From the NCBI GenBank assembly GCA_963815195.1, contig CAWFGE010000008.1, positions 512,001-576,000 on the forward strand: DNA of 64,000 nucleotides, given 5' to 3'. Below, in pieces: positions 56,101 through 64,000 of this stretch. The notes below the pieces were generated by a model. That model was not told the DNA's origin, did no database searches, and saw only the letters and a list, made by a program, of their open reading frames with translations. This stretch comes from an uncultured Planctomycetaceae bacterium. GTDB lineage: Bacteria > Planctomycetota > Planctomycetia > Planctomycetales > Planctomycetaceae. Each line of letters opens with the position of its first letter. Positions within the stretch are counted from its first letter, which is position 1. Both the position numbers and the translations under genes were made by a program.

Positions 56101-57115
56101 AGCGTGTGCAGCGACTGCCCGGAGCGGGCGTCGAAGATCACCGTAGCGTTGTTTTCGCTCGCGGCGAAATGCAAACCGTCGTCTGCGATCACTGCGGCAC
56201 CGATCGGAACGGGCCGAAAGATCGCCGGTTGTTTGGCCGTCCGCGAAAACTCGCGGGTTGCCGCCAACCGTTTGACGTTGCCCACGGAAACCGGTTCCGC
56301 ATTGTTTTGCGGGACGACGGCCGGCGGAGCGGTTTTCGGAGCGGGATCGACGGTCGCGACCGCGACGACCGGTTTGGGGGCCGGCTCCGAGTGGCGGTTC
56401 TCTGTTTTCGCGGAGGCTTGCTGTTCTTCGGGGACGGCTTCCCTTGACGACGGCCAAACGACGATCAACAGTCCGAGTGCCAACACCGCCGGAAGCCCGA
56501 CGATCAGCCCTTTTTGCAGAGGCGACCGGGCCTTCCACCAACTCGGGGGCGTTTCCCAAGGAATCTCGCCGGGCAGAAAACTCGCCGACGAATCCTGGGT
56601 CAAATTGCCGACTCGTTTGACCTTCTGCTTTGGCTTGCGTTGATCGTCCTTCGTCCAGACGGTGGAAGGCGGAGGGAGTTTCCGCTCGCCGGAGTCGGGG
56701 GCTGGCGGCAACGGCGGGAGCTCCGGTCCAGAAGGCTCCTCAACCGGCCGCTCGATTTCCACGGTGGGCACGTTGTTGCCGGCGACGTTGACCGTCGCCT
56801 CCGGCGGCAGCGTCAGCGAAATCTCCGGAGCGTTGTCGGCCGCAAGCCGGCGGTCATAGTCGGCCTTCTTGTCCGGATCGCTCAAACAGACCATCGCGGC
56901 CCCGACTTCCCGTTCGAGGCGCTTGACATCCTCGTAGTTCTCCGCGTTCTGCATCCGCTGGAGCAAATGGTTGCGGTTCATCGCCGCGGTCTTGATGACT
57001 TGAATGTCCTTCTCAAACCGCTCCACGCCCAGAAGCTGATACGCATCCGGCTGCACGACATCCGCGGGAAGCTTCAAATCCGCTGATAAACATTGACCCT
57101 GTCCGATGTTGCCAT
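53110..57115 (-). CDS. J-like domain + Pro-rich linker + TM helix + about three WD40 propellers (~1,335 aa; indels near 57077 and 54297)
   Basis: DAYQLLGV...EVGAAMVCLSDPDKKADYDRRL; TM GLIVGLPAVLALGLLIVVWP; many WD repeats (AHDGAVWSLAF..FVSGGADYKARVWD, LASASADHSIKIWD). Start inferred as MATSDRVNVYQRI(L)KLP by adding one T. Confidence 0.82.
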
Positions 57116-57143
57116 TGGCCCTGCTTTCGTTGATGTCTTTCAA

Positions 57144-59415
57144 TTAGCGCGCGGCGGTGAGGCGGTCGACTTTTTGGCGTTCTTCGTCGACCTGCACTTC
57201 CGAGAGCGACGCTTTGCGTTCGATTTCCGCCCCGATGCGTTTTCCCTGGCAGTCGGCGGCGACTTGAATCCGGCCGTCTTTACTAAATCCGATTTGCAGC
57301 TCGACCGGCGTGCCTTTGGGCAGGTTTCGCGGCAGCGGCCCCAAAACGCACGTGCCCAACTGGTCGCAGCTCGTGCGGTCTTCCGAATCCCCCTCGGTGA
57401 CCCGCACCCGAATCTCTCGCAGATCGCGCCGGGTCGTGCGAAACAACTGCGTGCGCGACGTGGGCAATTCGGAATTGCGAGGGATCATCACCACGTTGAC
57501 GGGCTGCCCGTGCTTGACGGCATACACCCCCACGCCGTGCGAGTTGACCAACTGCAAATCGACGGTTTCCAAATCGTCCTCGGGTTCCTCGTCCTCGCCG
57601 GGCTTGATCTGCTCCACCACGAAGCCCGCGCTGTTCGGGCCGGGCAGCATGCGGGAACCCCCGACGGCTTGTTGAGGTTCGGCGGATCCTTGATGCTCAC
57701 CCGCTCCGCGAATCGCGCCCTGCGTCTCGATCACGCCCGCATAAACCGCCGCCCCAAGCGCGACCACCGTGCTCGGATCGATGTCCGTCCGCGGCGGTTT
57801 GCCGGCGATGCGGGTCAGCATGTTCTTGACCATCGGCATCATCGTGGAACCGCCGACCATCAGCACATCTTCCACGTCGTCCCAGGTCAGCTTCGCATCG
57901 CGGAGGCAGGTCTCGACCGTCAACTCCGTCATCGCCAGCATCGACGCCGTAAGGTCTTCGAACTTGTCCCGCGTGACTTCCACGCGATTCGCGCGGCCGG
58001 CGTGCGTGCAGAGCACCGCGGTTTTTCTGAGCGTGGAAAGCTGTATCTTCGCCTTCCGGCATTCGGCCATCAGGGCTTGCAGCGATTCGGTGGTTTCCTT
58101 GGGGTTCGATCCGTGCTCGGCGGCGAACTCGTCCGCGACGTAATCCACGAGCAGCCTGGTCCCAATCCAGCCCGCCCAATTCGCGGTTGCCGCCGGTGGC
58201 CAATTCCTTCACGCGGTTTTTGCTAACGGCCATCACCGTGACGTCGAACGTCCCGCCGCCCAGGTCATAGACGACGTAGTTCTTCGTGATGGGTTTTCCC
58301 TGGGCGTCGGTGCCTGCAAACGCCGAGTCGCTGTGGAGTCCGTAGGCGATGAGCGCGGCGCTCGGCTCGTTGAGGGTCGCTTCAACTTTCAGGCCGGCGA
58401 TCTCGCCGCATTGCACCGTCGCCGCCCGCCGTTTTTCGTTGAAGAATGCGGGCACGGTGATCACCACGCGGTCGATCGGCCCGACCGCCGGCGTCGCAAA
58501 CTGCACGAGCTTTTTGAGAATCAAGGCGGAAATCGCTTCCGCCGTCAGCATCTGCCCGCCCGCGTTAAACGTCTTGCGTTCCCCCAGCGACCTTTTGACG
58601 AACTGCACGACGTTGTCCGGTTCGGCATAGGCATTGTCGAGCGCGGTCTGCCCGATCAAGGCTTCGCCGTCTTCAAAAAACACCGCCGAGGGCATGATCG
58701 GCCGCTGCAGGTCTTCGGGGTTCGAGACCACTTGCGCTTTGCCTTGATGATCGACATAGGCAATCGCGGAATAGGTCGTCCCCAGGTCGATCCCCACGAT
58801 GGCAAATTTTCGCTTGAGCCCCGGCGAGATCCGCTCCGGCGCGGGGGGAGCGGCGGCCGGTCGCGTCGAAGGCGGCGGCAGAGGCGGTGCGGTCACGCGC
58901 TCTGGTCCGTGGAGTATGGCCGGTTCAATTTCTGCGACCGGCGTGATGCAGATGTTGCCGTCCAATTCCATAAAGTCTTCGATTTCCACGAGTTCGACGA
59001 CCTGCGGAGCACGGCGTTTGATTTCCGCGAAGACCTCGTCGATTCGCGCCCCGGCCACGCATTGCCGTTCCGAAAGCCAGTCCTGGAGGTCCTCATCGGA
59101 GAGGCTGCCATGTTCCGCCTCATACGCGTCGAACTCCGTGCAGATCCGGTCGATCACTGCGCCGTCGTATTGCAGCCAGCGTAGCGGATCGCCCAGGATT
59201 TTGCGGGCCTCCGCGAGCCGGCGGAGATATTCCTTGGCCCGCCGGCGGGCCGACGGGTCGTGATGCTGCTCGCATTGGAAGAAGTATTCCGTCGCCTGGT
59301 CGATCGCCTCCAGCAGCAATTCCCGCCGGGCCTCCAGACGCCGGCAATCGATCAACTCGTAGAAGTCGCGCGGCTCCTCGCCCTCTTTCAGCCATTTTTT
59401 CAGAACAGGCTCCAC
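57144..59415 (-). CDS. atypical Hsp70 with N-terminal J-like domain (~755 aa; one indel near 58150)
   Basis: VGIDLGTTYS, VITVPAFF, NEPSAA, YDLGGGTFDVT, LGGLDWD, VGGST.MP, VALGAA, substrate domain IPRNSELP; N-terminal RDFYELI...LAEARKILGDP...YD; GTG start after AGGA. Confidence 0.88.
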
Positions 59416-59759
59416 GGCTCGACTTTCCTGCAAAAGACCGGGGGCGGCGAATCCACTGGCGGACCCGGCGACGAATGACTTCTCACCAAAGGATTGGGAT
59501 TTGGCGCGATCGCGTTACAGCCCTTCCCTGTTTCCCATCGTTTTTTTCACCGCCCGCCCGACGATACCGAAAAAAACGCGTCTCCCGCGGAGTCGGCGCG
59601 CACTTCTTCCCGCGTGACCGGGGAATCCCCTTTGTGAACAGATCTTAATGGTGGATTCGAGAATAGCGTCAACCCGGCGGAGATGCCAGTAAAATCCGGC
59701 GTTTCCCGCCTGCCATTTTTGTTCAGCATCAATTCCGGTGTTCGTCCGCCCAACAGAAA

Positions 59760-59790
59760 CTCCGCCCCGCAGCGGGGCCGCGGGGCGGAG
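59760..59790 (-). terminator. GC hairpin downstream of the hemerythrin-like gene
   Basis: CTCCGCCCCGC/GCGGGGCGGAG stem, followed by TTTCTGTT on the minus strand. Confidence 0.55.
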
Positions 59791-59823
59791 GAATGAGATT
59801 GAGACGTTTTGCAAAAGCCCGGT

Positions 59824-60276
59824 TCAGTCGCCGCAACCGACGTCGAGCGTAAATGCGCTCTGCATGATCCGGCGTTCATGCCGCAGGTGGGCGGTCCACA
59901 AATTCATCCACTCTTGGAGGTCTTGGCGGATTTCGAGGACCAAAAGCTCGAAGATGTCCGGGTGGTCCATTTGCAATCGCAGCTCGCCGAGCTTTTGGAA
60001 CAGGCTTTCCTTTTCGCTGGCCAAGTCCCCAATCAGCGGGGCCCAGTTGGGAAACTGCTCCAACACCGGCTGGAGATAGCCGCCTTCGGACTTAAGTTCC
60101 ATCTCGCGCGGCAGCGCTTCCAGGAGCGCATCGAGCACCGCTCCAATCCAATGGACGGTTTGCTCGTCCGGTTGGGGTTCTTCGAGGAGATCTCGCAAAT
60201 CTCCCAACAGAATGTATTCCAAGGCCACAAAATCGGCCAAAGAACTGTCGGGTTGTGTGTTTTCGGTAAAGCTCAT
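59824..60276 (-). CDS. hemerythrin-like four-helix protein with degenerate metal ligands
   Basis: EGGYL..V....P, H..HE..I.Q.AF..DVG.GD pattern; AGGAG RBS. Confidence 0.6.
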   Translation of the reverse strand: MSFTENTQPDSSLADFVALEYILLGDLRDLLEEPQPDEQTVHWIGAVLDALLEALPREMELKSEGGYLQPVLEQFPNWAPLIGDLASEKESLFQKLGELRLQMDHPDIFELLVLEIRQDLQEWMNLWTAHLRHERRIMQSAFTLDVGCGD

Positions 60277-60493
60277 GGGGAAAACTCCTTCAGCCCGCAG
60301 AAGCAAAAACCACTCCGTGCGGCGACTTGGCGCAGAAACCGCCCGCCTTCGAAAGTTGGAGAATCCAACTCCAAGGGAGATGTGATGTTGAGTATAGCGA
60401 GACGGGCCTCAAATTGTCAAAATAATTCTGGAATGCGCACGAATAAACGATTTATACATCATTTTTCGACAATGGCTCCCCCGCCTCCGAAGT

Positions 60494-61814
60494 TCAAACG
60501 TCCGGTAGCAGCCACGGGCGGCGGTATTCAGGCCGGCCTCGGAGGGCGTTGCCTTCTTGGTCATCAATGAATGTTTCCGTTTCGGGATCGAGCGTTAATG
60601 TCCGGCCGGTGCGGACGGCGATGTTTCCCGTGTGGCACAGCACCGAGGCGGGATGACCCACCGTCTCCAGATCGCAGGCCGGCTTCTTGCGGGTCTTGAT
60701 GCAGTCCAAGAAGTTCTCGACGTGCGGGCCTTCATCGCTGTCGCCACGGCCTTCTTTGACGAGTTGGTTCTTGGGACCGTAGGCTTTCCAGCCGTTGTTG
60801 CCGAGGAGGATGTAGCCCTTGTCTCCGAACACCGCCGCGCCTTCGGATTCTCCCAGATAAGAATAGGGATTCCAGAATCCGCAACTCGTAGGTCAGGAGT
60901 CGCGGCGTCCGGCTTTCGAACTCGTAGGTGACCTGCATGGTGTCGGGCCATTCCTGCATGTCGTCGAAATACCATTTGCCCCCGGTGGCGGCGATGGTTT
61001 TCGGCAACCCCACCGGCGGCTGGCCCTCGGCTTCGAGCGCGGCATTCAGCGCGGCCATGGCCATGTCCAACCGGTGCACGCCGTCGTTTCCCAGATCGCC
61101 CGTGCCGTAGTCGTAAAACCACCGCCAGCGCCCGTGGAACCGATTTGGATTGAAGGGTCGCAACGGGGCCGGCCCGAGCCACATGTCGTAATCGACTTCC
61201 TTGGGAGGCGTCCCGTCGGGCGGACGGCCAATGCTCCCCTGCCGGCTGCTTTCCCAAGCCTTGGCGACGAGGCATTTTCCGAGGGCCCCCGTGCGAATGT
61301 ATTCCAAGGCCGACTTCAGGCGGTCCGTGCTGCGGTGCTGCGAACCCATCTGCACGATCTTCTGGTGCTTCCGCATCGCCGCGACCATTCGCTGACCCTC
61401 GGCGATGTTGTGGCTGTCGGGTTTTTCCACGTACACGTCCTTGCCGGATTGAATCGCGAGAATCGTGGGGATCGCATGCCAATGGTCCGGAATGCCCACG
61501 ACGAGGGCGTCGAGTTTGGGATCGTCGATCAGCTTGCGAAAGTCCGCTTCCGTTCGCGGAGCATGCCCCTGGCGAGACCGCACGTCTTCGACCGCCTGCG
61601 GCAAACGGCGGGAGTCGAGGTCGGCAATCACCACCACGTCGCAGTGGGGATTGGAAGCGAACGTGCGATTGAGCGCGAGCGCCCGGCCGCCCGCTCCCAC
61701 CACACCCACTTGCACCCGCTCGCTGGCGGGGGCTTTCTCGGCGGCGCCGGCGATCACCGCCGCCATCGTCGTCAACCCGGTCGCGGATGATGCAAGAAAA
61801 TCTCTGCGATCCAT
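60494..61814 (-). CDS. Tat-exported Gfo/Idh/MocA oxidoreductase, one indel near 60876
   Basis: MDRRDFL, VGVVGAGGR, PDHWHA, GKDVYVEKP, GTGDLGNDGVHRLD | HVENFLDCIKTR. Confidence 0.9.
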
Positions 61815-61941
61815 GATTCCCTCCCCTTCGATGAGTGGCGAAATTCCGGCGAAGCCCCATGATGCCAAGTCCGCCCGGAAAAATCGACCGCAAGGCACGA
61901 TTCGCTCCGCTTCGATCGTGCTCCGGTGGGGCGGGCGGGAA

Positions 61942-62841
61942 TTACGAGATCCTGTCAAATTGCCCATCTTCCGAAAAAAAGCCCAAGAGCAGTTCGTTCA
62001 CTCGCCGGCTTTCTTCGTGTTGCACCCAATGCGTGGCCTCGTCGATCAGGACCAGTCGGCCGTCGTCGCACAGGTCGAGGCTCGGCTCCACCATTTCCTT
62101 TCCAAGGAAGCGGTCTTTCGCTCCCCAGATTAAGAGCGTCGGCGTCCGGATGCGAGACGCGTTCGAAGCGGGCATCGGCGAACGCATCATCGCCCGATAC
62201 CAGTGGATCATCGACCGCATCGCTCCTGGTTGCGACCAGGCGCGGCGGTACTGCTCGAAATCCGTTTCGTCAAAAGTTCCGGGCCGGCTGCTGCGCTTTA
62301 AGCCCCGCACCAGCATTCGCCAGTTTCCCAATCCGGCGATTCTCTCGGGCAGCCAGGGAAGTTGGAAACACACGATGTACCAGCTTCGCAGCAACTGGCG
62401 AGGATTGGAGAATAGATGCCGGCGCATGACGTCGGGATGCGGACAGTTGAGAACGACGAGCCGCCGGACGTGATGGGGATAAGCCGCGGCCGTTTGCCAG
62501 GCGACCGCACCGCCCCAATCATGCCCGGCCAAATACGCCTGCTCGACGCCGGCCGCTTCAATCAGCCCGGCGACATCGGCGGCCAGCCGATCCAACCGAT
62601 AGTCCCCGACCGAACGGGGTTTTTCGCTGAGATTGTACCCCCGCTGATCGGGAACCCACACGCGAAACCCGGCTTCGGCCAGTGCCGGGATCTGAGCTTT
62701 CCAACCCGACCAGCATTCGGGAAAACCATGCAGCAGCAGAACCAGCGGCCCGTCGGGAGGCCCGGCCTTCGCCACGTGCAACCGCACGCCGTTGACGGCG
62801 ATTTCCGTGAAGTGCAGCGAATCGAATCGGTGTTGGGGCAT
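61942..62841 (-). CDS. alpha/beta hydrolase (epoxide hydrolase-like)
   Basis: LLHGFPE.W..W, PDQRGYNLS, GHDWGG nucleophile elbow, WG..D, HWVQHE. Confidence 0.93.
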   Translation of the reverse strand: MPQHRFDSLHFTEIAVNGVRLHVAKAGPPDGPLVLLLHGFPECWSGWKAQIPALAEAGFRVWVPDQRGYNLSEKPRSVGDYRLDRLAADVAGLIEAAGVEQAYLAGHDWGGAVAWQTAAAYPHHVRRLVVLNCPHPDVMRRHLFSNPRQLLRSWYIVCFQLPWLPERIAGLGNWRMLVRGLKRSSRPGTFDETDFEQYRRAWSQPGAMRSMIHWYRAMMRSPMPASNASRIRTPTLLIWGAKDRFLGKEMVEPSLDLCDDGRLVLIDEATHWVQHEESRRVNELLLGFFSEDGQFDRIS

Positions 62842-62917
62842 CAAGGCTCATTGTGACGGAATCGCGGCAGCGTGTCACCGTCGAAGGCGCCAATTGCGTC
62901 CATTGCCGGTTGGGTGG

Positions 62918-63048
62918 TCATTGATCGCCGTTGCCGCCGCCGACAGCGCGAGGAACACCCCCCGCCTCGACTTGTTCCTCAACCATCAGTTCCGCCAACT
63001 CCAATAAATGTTCTTCCGCTTCGTGCGAGCTTGTGTTTCGGCGTCCAT
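62918..63048 (-). pseudogene. short truncated gene start, possibly an IS remnant
   Basis: Strong AAGGAAGGAG RBS before ATG 63048; MDAETQAR then, after a shift, HEAEEHLLELAELMVEEQVEAG and an early stop. Confidence 0.3.
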
Positions 63049-63308
63049 GCCCGATCTCCTTCCTTCTGGTAAGATTCACAAGACCAATCACTCCCCGCAG
63101 TTGACCACAAAAACACCGAAAACTCCTATTGACGTTTTTCACCCCACCAATTGAAAAACAAAAGCTGAACTGGTCTCCGGATAGGGTTTCGGCGGCTTTG
63201 AGGCTTTTCGAGACGTGCATTTTTCGCTAGACTTTCTATCAACCCGGTGATACAAACTTTCCAGCCATCAACCCGTAGTAAACGCAAACCCAAGCGCAAA
63301 CAGGGTTT

Positions 63309-63396
63309 GGAGAGATGCCAGAGTGGCCGAATGGGCCGGTCTCGAAAACCGGTGTACCCTTCACGGGTACCGAGGGTTCGAATCCCTCTCTCTCCG
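63309..63396 (+). tRNA. tRNA-Ser(CGA)
   Basis: GGAGAGA/TCTCTCC acceptor stem, CCGGT-CT-CGA-AA-ACCGG anticodon arm, long variable arm GTACCC-TTCAC-GGGTAC, GGTTCGAATCC; G discriminator; CCA not encoded. Confidence 0.97.
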
Positions 63397-63413
63397 CTTT
63401 GACACCCCACGCC

Positions 63414-63452
63414 AATCGACGCCACGAAGGGATAAGTGGCGTCGATTTCTTT
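63414..63452 (+). terminator. hairpin after tRNA-Ser
   Basis: AATCGACGCCAC-10nt-GTGGCGTCGATT then TCTTT. Confidence 0.6.
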
Positions 63453-63628
63453 ACTTATGAAGTCGTCTTCATTCCCTTCGTCCGCTTCAATTGCCTCGGT
63501 CTGTTGGCTTTCGTTACTGCCAACCGCTGCCACCTCTGAGCCATTCAAAGCCAATTCCTGGGCACCAATTTGGGCACCATTTTTCTTGATGATTTTTTGA
63601 CTCTTTGATTTTGGCAAGGGCGGCAATT

Positions 63629-64000
63629 TGTGGTGGACCCCGAAAACTGGACAGCCCAATAAGGTAGAATTTGCGATGTTCATTTGTCGCATTGGGAGGT
63701 TCCGATTATGACCAGGAAGCGTCGAGCTTTGGGGTCCGCGTTCAAAGCCAAGGTGGCGTTGGCGGCGGTCAAAGGGGATAGGACGACGGCTCAGTTGGCG
63801 TCGGAATTTGGCGTCCACACGAGCCAAGTCACGGCTTGGAAAAAGCAGTTGTTGTCGGGAGCCACTGAGTTGTTCACGGATGGCCGACGTAAGCGATCCG
63901 ACGATCAATCGGCCAATGAGCAAGAACTCTATGAACAAATCGGCCGGCTGAAAATGGAAGTCGAGTGGCTCAAAAAAAAGTCGCTGACGCTGGATTAAGC
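63629..64000 (+). mobile_element. IS3-family insertion sequence, left end (runs off the window)
   Basis: TG-starting left IR (TG)TGGTGGACCCCGAAAACTGGACAG, orfA, and A8G slippery site at 63972-63980. Confidence 0.9.
63708..63998 (+). CDS. IS3-family transposase OrfA
   Basis: RKRR....FKAKVALAA......AQLASEFGVH.SQV..WKKQL HTH; LYEQIGRLKMEVEWLKKK; GGAGG RBS. Confidence 0.93.
   Translation: MTRKRRALGSAFKAKVALAAVKGDRTTAQLASEFGVHTSQVTAWKKQLLSGATELFTDGRRKRSDDQSANEQELYEQIGRLKMEVEWLKKKSLTLD

Noticed and set aside
57144..59415. Calling the Hsp70 dnaK
   Set aside because: N-terminal fusion, altered linker, truncated lid and no grpE/dnaJ context.
59434..59759. Riboswitch or CIRCE element upstream of the Hsp70 operon
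   Set aside because: No TTAGCACTC-N9-GAGTGCTAA and no riboswitch consensus I can recognise.
63126..63938. 270-aa minus-strand ORF
   Set aside because: Runs antisense across the tRNA and the IS end; spurious.

Overview
GC-rich window from a Planctomycetes genome, probably Planctomycetaceae (DUF1559, DUF1501, DUF1552/DUF1592, TIGR02996-LRR and Ftr are all present). It opens with infC-rpmI-rplT-pheS, with no pheT after it. It continues through pgi, ftr, a PAS kinase/FixJ-like pair, exported ankyrin and propeller/di-haem proteins, a Ser/Thr kinase, comEC, a ~2,140-aa WD40+HEAT protein opposite terB-terB-SLOG, panD, a thioester alpha-2-macroglobulin, accB/accC, a photolyase and oxidoreductases. 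It ends at tRNA-Ser(CGA) and the left end of an IS3 element. The best candidate for an undescribed system is a two-gene operon at 53110-59415. It encodes an Hsp70 with an N-terminal HPD-less J-like domain, an acidic linker insertion and a truncated lid, followed by a membrane-anchored multi-WD40 protein that starts with the same kind of J-like domain. Many minus-strand genes are split by single-base indels, probably assembly errors, and are reported as joined genes. Intergenic DNA carries several families of REP-like palindromes. All product calls come from motif recognition only; no searches were run.
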